From contig NC_043016.1 in NCBI RefSeq assembly GCF_006345805.1, forward strand, positions 7,130,001-7,194,000: 64,000 nt of DNA. Reading direction: 5' to 3'. Below, piece after piece: positions 13,647 through 27,599 of this stretch; position 1 is the first letter of the stretch, and each line of letters starts with the position of its first letter. The DNA is from Octopus sinensis (taxonomy: Eukaryota). The translations under genes and the position numbers were made by a program. Below the pieces are notes generated by a model. It did not search any database. It was not told the origin of the DNA and saw only the letters and a program-made list of their open reading frames with translations.

Positions 13647-14624
13647 TTAATAATAATAATAATAATGAAGATAATAATGTGTGTGTCTGTAAGTGTACTA
13701 AAATACATACATAATTAGTTATTTCAAAATCTTCATTTAAGCAGTTTATTCATTAGCTATGGGAATGTTTGTAAAATTACATTGTATTAGATATACAGAT
13801 ATATAGATATATATTGAAACTCTTGCAAAGAGAGAAAGGGAAGGGCTTATATGTACTGACAGTCATAACCCGAGGCTGTTTCTTAAGTATGCTTGTTTGG
13901 TTATTAGACCATTCATGTATGCCCTTCTCAATTGAATGAAAGAAATCATAACGGCAGATGTTCCCTGCATTGTTTGATTTAACGCAATAGTGAACATGCA
14001 GAGTCATACGCCCACACCATTGTCATTGTTTTCCATTGGGACAGTAGGTCGATCTGTAAAAAACCCAGCAGTAATTGAGTTTACTTTCCTTACCACATTA
14101 CTGCTGACATGTGCTGTTTAGCAGATGGAAAGGTTGAGCCTAAAGATATAACATAAAGAGAAATAGTATGTTTACCTGCTGTTTAAGTTGGAATAATAAT
14201 AGGAAAAAGAGCGCTTACATGAAAACAGTGGCAAATCATAACTCGCTAATGAATACTGCTGGCAGTACAGTGCAAGCAGTTGATAAGAGCTCGCCACAGC
14301 TGACAAAGTAAAGTATTGATTTTTTTCCAGCTGGGTGTGTGTCATGTATTTTCACTGGCTCAAGCCAAATCCTAGGCAAATTGAGGGTAGTCTATTTATG
14401 TTGGGGGTGTGGAATTTTGAAGAAAAAATTATAAGAAAAAGCGTAGGTGTAGAGGTGGCTGTGTAGTAAGTAGCTTGCTTACCAACCACATGGTTCTGGG
14501 TTCAGTCCCACTGCGTGGCACCTTGGGCAAGTGTCTTCTACCATAGCCTCTGGCCGACCAAAGCCTTGTGAGTGGATTTGGTTGATGGAAGCTGAAAGAA
14601 GCCCATCGTATATATGTATATATG

Positions 14625-14639
<15 letters not shown>

Positions 14640-14655
<16 letters not shown>

Positions 14656-16913
14656 TTATTATATATATATATATATGTGTGTGTGTATGTGTATGTTTGT
14701 ATGTCTGTGTTTGTCCTCCCAACATTGCTTCACAACCGATGCTGGTGTGTTTACATCCCCGGAACTTAGTGGTTAGGCAAAAGAGACTGATAAAATAAGT
14801 CCTGGGGTCGATTTGCTCAACTAAAGGTGGTGCTCCAGCATAGCCACTGCCAAATGTATATATATGCATATATATGTATATATATGTATATATATATATA
14901 TGTATATATATGTATATATATCATCATCATCATCATCGTTTAACGTCCGTTTTCCGCGCTAGCACGGGTTGGACGGTTCGACCGGGGTCTGGGAAGCCAG
15001 GGGCTGCACCAGGCTCCAGTCTGATCTGGCAGAGTTTCTACAGCTGGATGCACTTCCTAACGCCAACCACTCCGCGAGTGTAGTGGGTGCTTTTTACGTG
15101 CCACCTGCACAGGTGCCAGGGGTGTCTGGCATTGGCCACGATCGGTAGGAGCTTTTAACGTGCCACCGGCACGGAAGCCAGCTAAGATTGCGCTGGCAAC
15201 GGCCACGTTCGGATAGTGCTTTTTATGTGCCACCGGCACAGAAGCTAGTCGGAGTGGCGCTGGCATCGGCCACGTTCGGATGGTGCTTTTTATGTGCCAC
15301 CGGCACAGGAGCCAGTCGGGGCAGCGCTGGCATCGGCCACGTATATGTATATGTATATATATATATATATAGTTACATTGGATGATAATAGAATTAATGA
15401 CACCTTCGTAAATTAATTTTTGGTGAATTATTTTTCTCGTTAATTGTATCGAGATTGTTTTACACTGGGGGCTGCTGGGAATTCAGCACAAAACGAATCA
15501 GTAGCGGCACAGACTTCAAAATGATGGTTTGGGAGTCTCTAATAATGGTAACGCATGCTGAAGAATCTAAGGTGTATTTTACCAATGCAGAAACCGGTTC
15601 GCGTGAGTCCAAATACTTAAATGTATGTTAGTAGATTGTCTTAACCTGATTTTGCCTTCGTTTGATTTCTGTAGTTTTCATCAGTGTATTTTTGGCGATT
15701 TAATAAGAGTTTTGACTGTTATTTCAAGCAGGTAGACACACTTAGTATGTCCTTTGATTAATTTTAATCCCTCGGCTATTTATATATATATATATATATT
15801 ATATATATATATATATGTGTGTGTGTATGTGTATGTTTGTATGTCTGTGTTTGTCCTCCCAACATTGCTTCACAACCGATGCTGGTGTGTTTACATCCCC
15901 GGAACTTAGTGGTTAGGCAAAGAGACTGATAAAATAAGTCCTGGGGTCGATTTGCTCAACTAAAGGTGGTGCTCCAGCATAGCCACTGCCAAATGTATAT
16001 ATATGCATATATATGTATATATATGTATATATATATATATGTATATATATGTATATATATCATCATCATCATCATCGTTTAACGTCCGTTTTCCGCGCTA
16101 GCACGGGTTGGACGGTTCGACCGGGGTCTGGGAAGCCAGGGGCTGCACCAGGCTCCAGTCTGATCTGGCAGAGTTTCTACAGCTGGATGCACTTCCTAAC
16201 GCCAACCACTCCGCGAGTGTAGTGGGTGCTTTTTACGTGCCACCTGCACAGGTGCCAGGGGTGTCTGGCATTGGCCACGATCGGTAGGAGCTTTTAACGT
16301 GCCACCGGCACGGAAGCCAGCTAAGATTGCGCTGGCAACGGCCACGTTCGGATAGTGCTTTTTATGTGCCACCGGCACAGAAGCTAGTCGGAGTGGCGCT
16401 GGCATCGGCCACGTTCGGATGGTGCTTTTTATGTGCCACCGGCACAGGAGCCAGTCGGGGCAGCGCTGGCATCGGCCACGTATATGTATATGTATATATA
16501 TATATATATAGTTACATTGGATGATAATAGAATTAATGACACCTTCGTAAATTATTTTTGGTGAATTATTTTTCTCGTTAATTGTATCGAGATTGTTTTA
16601 CACTGGGGGCTGCTGGGAATTCAGCACAAAACGAATCAGTAGCGGCACAGACTTCAAAATGATGGTTTGGGAGTCTCTAATAATGGTAACGCATGCTGAA
16701 GAATCTAAGGTGTATTTTACCAATGCAGAAACCGGTTCGCGTGAGTCCAAATACTTAAATGTATGTTAGTAGATTGTCTTAACCTGATTTTGCCTTCGTT
16801 TGATTTCTGTAGTTTTCATCAGTGTATTTTTGGCGATTTAATAAGAGTTTTGACTGTTATTTCAAGCAGGTAGACACACTTAGTATGTCCTTTGATTAAT
16901 TTTAATCCCTCGG

Positions 16914-16917
<4 letters not shown>
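14640..16917. repeat. Near-perfect ~1.14-kb tandem duplication bounded by (TA)n
   Basis: Offset is 1140 at 14701/15841 and drops to 1139 and then 1138 after two single-base indels. I noticed no substitutions. Confidence 0.92.
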
Positions 16918-16960
<43 letters not shown>

Positions 16961-19379
16961 CATACTTAATTTTAAATTTTTTTAGTTTTATTTTACTTTA
17001 ATGGGCTATAAGCATAGTCTTTGCAAAGTCTTTGAGACCAGCCATTACTAATACTGCAATAAAAAAACTGGGATGGAAATAACTCTGTGAAGAAGAAGGA
17101 CATGGGTGTGTATGTGGAAATGGTGGTCAGTGTTGCACCTGAAGTGTAAGTGACACTATGTAAGTGCCATAGGCAACGAGTTGGCAGAAATGTTAGCACG
17201 CTGGGTGAAATGCTTAGCAGTATTTCATCTGTTGTTACGTTCTGAGTTCAAATTCCGCCAAGGTCGACTTTGCCTTTCATCCTTTCGAGGGCTATAAATA
17301 AAGTACCAGTTTTGCACTGGGGTCGATGTAATCGACTTAATCCCTTTGTCTGTCCTTGTTTGTCCCCTCTATGTTTAGCCCCTTGTGGGTAGTAAAGAAA
17401 TATATATAAGTGACCAGAGGAAAAGAGACAAATGGATCAAATAAGCCAGGCCATAGTAGAGGTGGTATAGAATTTATCCACCAGTTCTGTATTAAGAAGA
17501 TAAGAGATGATGTCTTCCTGGATAAGACCTCAATGTGTTAGAAGATATATTTAGATGTGTGTAATTAAGCTAAACATTGCAAGTCAAAGAAACACTTCTC
17601 TTTTTTGCTACTCTTCATATTTCCTTTTTACTCCTTCTTGCAATCATTGATTTCTTACAAGTTTTAATTAATTAATATAATCAACAAAAAGAAACAAATA
17701 TCAAAAACAAAACAAATATAATAGGATTATTAGACCTTCTGAAAACCTGTGCAGATATATCTCTAATTCTCTCTCCCTCTCTCTGACTCTTTCTGTCTTT
17801 ATATATATATATGTGTGTGTGTGTGTATGCGTGTGTGTGTGTGTACATGAAAGTGCATGGCTTAGTGGTTAGAGCGTCGGGCTCATGATCCTGAGATAGT
17901 GAATTTGGTCTCTGATCAGGCTGTGTATTGTGTTCTTGAGCAAGACACTTTATTTCACATTGTTCCAGTTCACTCAGCTGTAGAAACGAGTTGTTATGTC
18001 ACTGGTGCCAAGCTGTACCTGGCTTTGCCTTTCCCTTGGATAAGATTGGTGACGTGGTGACGGGAGGCTGGTATGCATGGGTGACTGCTGGTCTTCCATA
18101 AGCAACCTTGCCTGGACTTGTGACAGAGCAGCTAACCGGCCCCCATGCCGGTGGCATGTAAAAGCGCCCACTACACTCTCAGAATGGTTGGCATTAGGAA
18201 GGGCATCCAGCTGACGAAATTCAGCCAGATCAGATTTGAGCCTGGTGCAGCCATCTGGTTCACCAGTCCTCAGTCAAATCTTCCAACCCATGCCAGCATG
18301 GAAAGCGGACATTTAAATGATGATGATGATGATATATATATATATGACATTGAAAATGAGAATGGAGAATTATATATTATTGTCATCAGTTAATGTCCCT
18401 TTTTCTATGCTGACATGGGTTGGATGCTTTGACAAGAACAGACAAGCCAGAGGCCACTGCCAGGTTCCTTGTCTCCATTGGCATGGTTTTTACAGCTGGA
18501 TGCCATTTCTAATACCAACCACTTAACAAAGTGTACTGGTTGCTTTGTACATGGCTCCAGCACAAGTGAGGTCACTAAGTATCTGCAAGACTTGACTCCT
18601 CAAATGAGTGAGAGGCATAAACTGGAGAAACTAAGATACAGGGAGTGGCGCAAGTGTCTTACTGAAGAGGTGAATACATACATGGCTTGTCCTCCTTGAA
18701 AGTGAGGGAAAAAAGAGAGAGAGAGAGAGAGTGAATGTGAGACAGAATAGAAAGAAAAGTAGAAAGGGTGAATGTGTAGATAAGTGGGGCACTGAGTGAA
18801 AATAATGTGACAGATTATCAGAGATAGGGAATGAGTTGGATGCGGAAGATATTGGTTAAGTGTAGGGTGAAGTGAAGAATATAGGGTAACATGCACGTAA
18901 AAAGCACCATGCTTGTGGAGACCTATTGAGTCAAGTACATCAACATCAACATCAAAAATCAAATGGAAATTGTAGTTGTGATACCTGTGCTGGTGGCACG
19001 TAAAATGCACCATCCGTACGTGGCCGATGCCAGCGCCACCTTGACTGGCTTCTGTGCCGGTGGCATGTAAAAAACACCAACCGATCGTGGCCGTTGCCAG
19101 CCTCCCCTGGCACCTGTGCCGGAGGCACGTAAAAAGCACCCAGTACACTCACCGAGTGATTGGCGTTAGGAAGGGCATCCAGCTGTAGAAACACTGCCAG
19201 ATCAGACTGGAGCCTGGTGCAGCCTCCCAGACCCTGGTCGAACCGTCCAACCCATGCTAGCACGGAAAACGGACGTTAAACGATGGTGGTGGTGGCGGCG
19301 GCAGTGGTGATGATGTTAGAAGATTGATGGAAGAGTGGGTGTCAGAAGATGAGTTGCTGAAGAATTCTTGACAGGGTCT

Positions 19380-20172
19380 CAGTTCTACTGAGATGGAATG
19401 GGTCTTCTCAAGCACAGCATAATGCCATTCATCTTGGTCCCTGTCATCTTCTCTGAGATGCTCAACATCTTGAAGTTAGTCTTTACCACTTCGTCCCATG
19501 ATTTTCTAAGTCTCTCTCTTCGACAAATTCCTTCCACATCATTCAGTGATCAGTACTTCCTTATACAGCTGTCCTCACCCATCCACATCACATGAACATA
19601 ACCGCGCAGTCTTATTTCCCGCACACCACATCTGATGCCTCTTATACACAATTTTCCGCCGAGGTCAACTTTGCCTTTCATCCTTTCGGGGTCGATAAAT
19701 TAAGTAGCAGTTACGCACTGGGGTCAATGTAATCGACTTAATCCGTTTGTTTTTCCTTATTTGTCCCCTCTGTGTTTAGCCCCTTGTGGGTAGTAAAGAA
19801 ATATATACCCAATTTTTCTCTAATGTATTTTGTCATACATGCACACTGATGCTGCCTGTCCATCAGAACATACTTGTTTCATTTCTTTCAAATCTTTGCC
19901 CGTCCCTTTTCATTCATAGCCCCAAGTTTCACTGTCTTGTAGCATTGTTGTTTGTACACAGGCATTGTACAATATGCCTTTCATTCTGAAGGGATTTTTA
20001 TTATGAACAGAAGTAAAAGTTCTCTGAACTTTTTCCAACCAATTCATATTCTAGCAACTATATTTCAGAGCATCCTCCTTCAATGCTAATTAGGCTACCT
20101 AGATAACAGAGATTATCAACTACTTCTAGGGAGCCTCCTGGGTGTTTTAGAACATCTATTATTATTATGTGC

Positions 20173-20239
<67 letters not shown>

Positions 20240-20520
20240 TGCTCTTTTACATCTCTTACAAACTCTCTGTTCTCTGCTAACCTTCCTTTGATTCCGCTGC
20301 ACCTCTCATGTGTCTATAGTCAACACTGAACAATACCATCTACACCTTGTCTACATATGGAACAGGGCCATTTACCTGAAGGGGTCATTGTGCTGTGTGT
20401 TTTCCTGCTAATTAGAACTTTAGTCTTTGCTAAGCTGACTTTAACAATCCTTTCACTTCAGGTTTTGTTTCCACTCTTGGAATTTTAATTCTAATTCTAC
20501 ACTTTCTGCTTTAAGGAGTT
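19380..20520 (-). mobile_element. Older degraded RTE fragments (end of RT and C-terminal region)
   Basis: Minus-strand translations such as ELELKFQEWKQNL and LRGYVHVMWMGEDSC...SWDEVVK parallel the younger RTE copies. Many stops, and split by SINE-B and (TTA)n. Confidence 0.6.
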
Positions 20521-20593
20521 TCTTTCGAGTATTGAGCCTCATGGCGGCAACATATACATACATACACACACACACACATACACACATACATAC

Positions 20594-20625
<32 letters not shown>

Positions 20626-20928
20626 GCACATACATCACTTCCACCCTTACTCTTATGATGTCTGCCTTACTGTAATTTTTTTCTTTTTATCTTCACACTC
20701 ACATAGAGGTGTATGTATATGTTATAATCGTTTATTTTCTTATTTTCCCTTCCACTAACCTACAAATGCTTAACATAAATCACTTGTGGTGCGTATAATT
20801 TTTAAAAGAATGGGTTTGTTCATTTTATCTAAATCTGTATCTGTGTGTGTGTACATGTTCATGTCAATCTTATTGATGATATGTTCCGATTCTAATTAAA
20901 CTAATCAATTTGTCTTATTTATCTGTAG

Positions 20929-21073
20929 GTCCTGGCGAACAGGGTGCAGCTGTAATTTTAACACCCAACGAAGAAAAACAAAAAGATACTCTTTATAAAA
21001 CCAATGGATTTAATGCTTTTGTCAGTGATAAAATATCATTACAGAGGTCTTTGAAAGACATACGGCATGCTGA
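20929..21073 (+). CDS. GALNT10: Coding exon of polypeptide N-acetylgalactosaminyltransferase (ppGalNAc-T, GT27), GALNT10-like; stem region to start of catalytic domain
   Basis: Acceptor ttatttatctgtAG at 20927-20928 and donor GTGAGT at 21074. 145 nt, phase 1 in and phase 2 out. Translates (G)PGEQGAAVILTPNEEKQKDTLYKTNGFNAFVSDKISLQRSLKDIRHA(D), matching the ppGalNAc-T G.GEQG...GFN..VSDKISL.RSL.DIRH motif. GALNT10-subfamily assignment is from remembered similarity and is less certain than the family call. Confidence 0.9.
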
Positions 21074-21721
21074 GTGAGTAATTAAAAATAAAATTTATAA
21101 TCCTTTCTGCATCTGACATTTTGCTTTCATTCCATTTCAATTTAGATACTGATAAAAAAAATAGTCTTGTTGATATAATTGCAAATATCACAAATTTTCT
21201 TTGAAAACCGTTCCTTTGTTGGGTCATGATCCAGAGAAGGAGTATTCAATATAAATGTAGAGTGGTGTAGTTTGTTTAAGGGTTAGGGTTAGGGTTTTCT
21301 AATTGTGACTGTGACTTGTCTGAAGAAGCGGTGAAGTACTCTAGAAACATCAAAGTAACAGACCATTGGAATGGTTTACATAAACTATTTTGTGTGTGTG
21401 TCTGGGTATTTATGATCTTCAAATATTAGGCTTCACCGATGCAATATCTAGTGACCGAGATCTTTAGAAATATGCTGTCTTTGAGAAGACCCGGTGAGCC
21501 ATGTGATACCATAACCCGTGGCTGATGCCAATAGTGTAACCAGCCCACTTAAAAGCACCCACTACACTCTCAGAGTGGTTGGCATTAGGAAGGGCATCCA
21601 GCTGTAGAATCTCTGCCAGATCAGATTGGAACCTGGTGCAGCCATCTGGCTCATCAGTCCCCAGTCAAACCGTCCAACCCATGCTAGCATGGAAAGTGTA
21701 CGTTAAATGATGATGATGATG

Positions 21722-21752
<31 letters not shown>

Positions 21753-22190
21753 GGCGTAGGAGTGGCTGTGTGGTGAGTAGCTTGCTTACGAACAACATGG
21801 TTCCGGGTTCAGTCCCACTGCATGGCACCTTGGGCAAGTGTCTTCTACTATATCCTCGGGACGACCAAAGCCTTGTGAGTGGATTTGGTAGACAGAAACT
21901 GAAACAAGCCCATTGTATATATGTATATGTATGTATGTGCATATGTTTGTGTGTCTGTGTTTGTCCCCCCAACATCGCTTGACAACTGATGCTGGTGTGT
22001 TTACATCCCTGTAACTTAGCGGTTTGGCAAAAGAGACTTAATAGAAGAAGTACTAGCTCACAAAGAATAAGTCCTGGGGTCAATTTGCTCAATCGACTAA
22101 AGGCGGTGCTCCAGCATGGCCACACTCAAATGACTGAAACATGTAAAAGAGTTAAGAGTAAAGAGTATATATATATATATATATTATATA

Positions 22191-22223
<33 letters not shown>

Positions 22224-23205
22224 ACGTGGCCGGTGCCATCGCTGCCTTGACTGGCTTCTGTGCCGGTGGAACATGACCTGCTGTGCTTGAGGAGACCTAT
22301 TGAGTCAAGTACATCAACATCGAAATAAATATCAAATGGAAATAGTAGTTGTGATGCCTGTGCTGGTAGCACGTAAAAAGCACCATCCGAATGTGGCCGA
22401 TGCCAGCACCGCCTTGACTGGCTTCTGTGCCGGTGGCATGTAAAAAGTACCAACCAATCATGACTGCTGCCAGCCTCCCCTGGCACCTGTGCTGGTGGCA
22501 CGTAAAAAGCACCCACTACACTCACGGAGAGGTTGGCATTTGGAAGGGCATCCAGCTGTAGAAACACTTCCAGATCAGACTGGAGCCTGGTGCAGCCTCC
22601 TGGCTTCCCAGACCTTGGTCGAATCGTCCAACCTGTGCTAGCACGGAAAACGGACGTTAAACGATGATAATAATATATATATATATATAATGATATAATG
22701 TATATCTATATATTTGGAGTGTTTTGGAAATTCCTTGATACAGCTATAATATCTGGAGAGAAGACTTTTTCTCAATGAGTTAAGATTGAGAAAAGAACCT
22801 TTTTAGAAAGTTGAAAGACATTAACCTTTGGGAAGAGATTTCACAAAATGTGTTTGGCTTTTGCTTTTATAGATGTGCTTTCAGTTCTTTTGAAAATATT
22901 AATAGCTTCATGCTGTAGAGATTACAATAGTTTGGCAAATTTATACAACATGCCGTGATATGCAGTTTGCCTGAGTGGAATCCACTACACTCAATTCAGT
23001 ACATCATTTACATTTGACGGATATTTGTCCTCATTTTGTTGACAACAAACACGATGAGGATAAATATCTGTCAAGTGTAAATAATGTAAAGAATGTACAT
23101 AATTCCTCATCTCTAAATATGGAACTCGATTCACTTTGTAACCAGGTTTCATTTATTGCACAAACAAGTAAATTTGTAAGTCTTATTCATACAAACACAA
23201 TTCCA

Positions 23206-23258
<53 letters not shown>

Positions 23259-23263
23259 TATAT

Positions 23264-23478
23264 AAAGTTAATCCAAACATGAAAACACAAAGAGAAAATA
23301 CAACAATGCGAGGACGTGAAACAAATATAGTATTATTGGATGCCCAGGAAGGAAGGGAAGAAGGAGGGTTCTACGTATCAAGTGGAGCTCTTTGTCAGAA
23401 ACATAGGAAAAGGAAAGATCCAGAAAAGGGAAGACAGAGGAAAAAATATCACCAGTGGTACACACGCGGTCACATTTT
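23264..23478 (-). mobile_element. Penelope pLTR-like repeat family P1 (copy 1; copy 2 at 47977-48190)
   Basis: Two ~215-bp copies (aagttaatccaaacatgaaaacac...cgcggtcacatt), both in (TA)n and both carrying a minus-strand hammerhead. Confidence 0.65.
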
Positions 23479-25369
23479 GAATCATATATATATATATATA
23501 CATATATATATGTATATGTATATATATGTATATATATATATAATAATTATTTGAGGGAATATTATTCCTTTTTTACTGTAATCATTTCTTAAATATAGCC
23601 ATGAAACACGTGCCGTTATTCTACCAAATATATACGTTTTTATTATTATTTTGCAATTTACTTAATCATCGGTATATTATTGTTATTTTATTTTTAATAT
23701 TTCTATTATATGTAATTTTGTAGATGGTGTAATTTAATTGTTCATTTTGAATTGTTAAAAGGCTTTTTTTTTTCTAATTTATATATATATATATATATAT
23801 ATATATCATATCATCATCATCATCTGTTGTCCATGCTGGCATGGGTTGGATAGTTTGACCAGGACTGATAAGCTGAGGGGATGCACCAGACTCTAGTCTG
23901 ATTTGGCATGGATTCTATAGCTGGACGCCCTTCCTGATGCAACTACTCTGAGAGTGTGATTGATGCTTTTATGTGTCAGTGGCACAGGTGCCAGCGGCAT
24001 GGGTGCCAGTATCTGCCATGACTGTGATATCACTTGGCTTGATGGGTCTTCTTCTCAAGCACAGCATATTGCCAAAGGACTTGGTCATTTGTCATACTTG
24101 TGTCATAATTTTTAGTCTTCAGCAGCTGGTATCCATTACAGCCTTGACTACAGCTGAACATCAGATGTGGTCAGCAATATATATATATATATAAATAATA
24201 ACACAGTCAGAACCTTCCATATGTTTGGATCCGGGGTCTATAGTCAAAGCAGAATATGTGCTGTGAGTGTACATCTGTATGACTTTGACAATACATTGTG
24301 TATCCAGCTGGTTACTTGTGAATGTATACATGACTGAAAGAGTAAATCCATATTTACTTTAGTAAGTGTATGTCAGTATGCATTGTTGGTACACAGGTGC
24401 ACCATCCCTGATTCTACCTTGTTACTTTTCCTATTTAAATGTCTGATTCTTTTGAAACCTGAAAATTTTTATATACATATATACATACATCATTTAACAT
24501 CCATTGTCCATGCTGGTATATATATCATTTGATATATATACCAGCTGGCGGAAACGTTAGCACGCCGGGCGAAATGCTTTGCAGTATTTCATCTGTCGCT
24601 ACGTTCTGAGTTCAAATTCCGCCAAGGTCGACTTTGCCTTTCGTCCTTTCGGGGTCGATTAAATAAGTACCAGTTACGCACTGGGGTCGATATAATCGAC
24701 TTAATCCATTTGTCTGTCCTTGTTTGTCCTCTCTGTGTTTAGCCCCTTGTAGGTAGTAAAGAAATAGGTATTTCGTCTGCCATTACGTTCTGAGTTCAAA
24801 TTCTGCCGAGGTCAACTTTGCCTTTCATCCTTTCGGGGTCGATAAATTAAGTACCAGTTACACACTGGGATTGATATAATCGACTTAATCTGTTTGTCTG
24901 TCCTTGTTTGTCCCCTCTGTGTTTAGCCCCTTGTGGGTAGTAAAGAAATATATATAAATAGATGGTAGCATAGATGTGTAGGCAAGGAGTTTGCTTCCCA
25001 ACCACATGGTTCTAGGTTCAATCCCACTGCATGGCACATTAAGCAAGTGTCTTCTACCATAGCCTCAGGCCAACTAAAGCCTTACAAATAGGTTTGGTTG
25101 GTGGAAGTTCAGTTTTGTGCATGTGTGTGTGGACGTGCTTGTTTCTCCTTTGATAGGTAAAAGAGTGTGTGTGTGTGTGTACATTTAATATTTGAAAATT
25201 TATAGCTAGCAAAATTTTTGTATGGTAAGTGATGTTGGCAATTTTCAGTACCACCTCATATTAATCCTGATCCAGTTAATCTCATGACTAAGATTTTCCC
25301 AGCCATGACCATTTTCTCCAGTCAGTATGCATTCCATGTCTGTCATATTTAATAGCAAGACAGATACAC

Positions 25370-25800
25370 GGATCTTTTCGATTTGAACGGCAGTTTTTTA
25401 AAATAATTTTTCACGTAACTAAACACTTTTAAACTTCGTATACTGGTAGAATGTGTTTATCTCTTGGCTTTATTGAGAAAATTCTATAGTTTGTAAGATA
25501 TTTGCTAGGTTTTTTTCTTCAATTTCTGCAATTTCAACCAATCACTGACATCTATTGAGGTAAAAAACATTCTGTGCCGTATGAATATGTTCTTCGTTTT
25601 AGAAACAGATTGGGTTTATTTACATTTATGAAGAAAAAAAGATACCCTTCCCCCCACCCTTAACCCTAACCCTAACTAACCCTAACCAACCCTAACCCTA
25701 AAACATTGAAATGCAATAGATCGATACCAGGGTCATAATTATGGGTGACAATTTCATATGACACTGCAAGAAAAAACTGCCGTTCAAACCGAAAAGATCC
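25370..25800. mobile_element. Non-autonomous TIR DNA transposon (MITE, MULE-like 9-bp TSD) with internal CCCTAA repeats
   Basis: 30-bp TIRs ggatcttttcgatttgaacggcagtttttt / aaaaaactgccgttcaaaccgaaaagatcc (29/30). TSD cagatacac (25361-69) / cagatactc (25801-09). Confidence 0.85.
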
Positions 25801-27599
25801 CAGATACTCTTTTATTCCCACCCAGCAAATGTCTGAAAGAAAAGAGTCACCCATGTCATACACCTGTATAAGATGCTTTAAATGCACTACAACCCTTGTT
25901 TTTGTTTCTTTTCTTATTACCTGAATGTGTGCTGCAAAAATTGGGGTGTGTCTAGTATACCCTTGCCATATTTTATGCCAGCAAGTGTGATATATTAATT
26001 ATCTAATGAGTTGTGAAACAGACTCAGAGAAGTACTTGGAATGATAAGGAAAGTGGTAAGTAGCTTGCTAACCAACCACACGGTTGCGGGTTCAGTCCCA
26101 CTGCGTGGCATCTTGGGCAAGTGTCTTCTGCTATAGCCCCGGGCCGACCAATGCCTTGTGAGTGGATTTGGTAGACGGAAACTGAAAGAAGCCTGTCGTA
26201 TATATGTATATATATATATATGTTTGTATGTGTGTGTTTGTGTGTCTGTGTTTGTCCCCCTAGCATTGCTTGACAACCGATGCTGGTGTGTTTACGTCCC
26301 CGTCACTTAGCGGTTCGGCAAAAAGAGACCGATAGAATAAGTACTAAAAGGTGGTGCTCCAGCATGGCCGCAGTCAAATGACTGAAACAAGTAAAAGAGT
26401 AAAAGAGTAAGTCACTGAAAAGGTTGCAAACAGCAACCAAAAAGCTTTGACTAACAAATGACTGATTGATTGTTTAAACCATCACATTAAACAATTCACT
26501 GGTTAGGTAGTTGGTTGTATATTTGACCAACTGACTAACAAACAGAAGTGGCACATGTTATTATTACTGGTGTAATGACTCCCCCAATACTCCATAAAAT
26601 TCGTTCCAACACATGTATTCATGTCAAGATTCTCACAAAAAAAAAATGAATCTTAAAAGTAAATTGTTAGGTATTTGGCTGCTATGTCTAGCAGGCTGAA
26701 AAGCTCCCTTGAAACTATCTATTCATTGGCTGACACTTTGTTATATAATTAACATTGAGGGGCAGGAAATCCTGTGTGGAAGTCTGTAGGATCAACTGTA
26801 TGCTTTAAACCAAATTCATCTACTGGGTGGGCATGGCCTTTAACAGAATTTTTATACCTTTACATGTTCACACCATGTTTCCACCTCTCCCTACTTATTT
26901 CAGAGATTAGATATGCTCTCCTTAGATATGCTTTACCGCCACCATGACCACCAGTCTTTGAGGTACAGCAAAAAAAGGTCAATGAGTGCTGTACTTTTAG
27001 TTTTGACTGTCGTCAAGAAAAGAGAGGCAAGAATGGAGGATAAGAAGAGAGAGGGAGAGACAGAGAGGGGCAGAGAGCGGAAAGGTGGGAGGGGCAGAGA
27101 ACAGGAAAGGTGGGAGGGGCACCTCATGATAAATTCCAGTTATCTCTTTTAATCTTTTACAGTCATTAGACTGTAGCCATGCTGGGGCACCGCCTTCTAC
27201 AAAGTTTTTAGTCTAAGGAATCAACCCTAGTGATTATTCTTTTTAAAAGTCTGGTACTTATTCTATCAGTTTCATTTGCTGAACCGCTAAGTTATGGGTT
27301 ATGTAAACACACCACCACCGGTTGTCAAACAGTGGTCGGGGACACACATACATGCATGTGCTGAAACATAAAATAGTAGAAGAATATGTATATATAGGTG
27401 CAGACATGGCTGTGTGGTAAGTAGCTTGCTTCACAGCAACATGGTTCCAGGTTCAGTCCCACTGCATGGCACCTTGGCCAAGTTTCTTCTACTATAGCCT
27501 TGGGCCGACCAAAGCCATGTGAGTGGATTTGGTAGATGGAAACTGAAAAAGCCCATCGTATATATAATATATTATATATATATAATATATAATATATAT

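Noticed and set aside
13777-14100. Minus-strand peptides HVHYCVKSNNAGNICRYDF and VWAYDSACSLL (possible nested exon or KDZ/Helitron transposase remnant)
   Set aside because: Multiple stops, no convincing splice pair, and motifs too short to assign without a database search.
21314-21356. CTGAAGA...GAAAC hammerhead-like motif
   Set aside because: Stems I and II pair poorly and stem III is broken. At best a heavily decayed relic, so it is not counted.
25650-25700. Telomere or chromosome-fusion site
   Set aside because: Short, imperfect and enclosed within a TIR element with a TSD.
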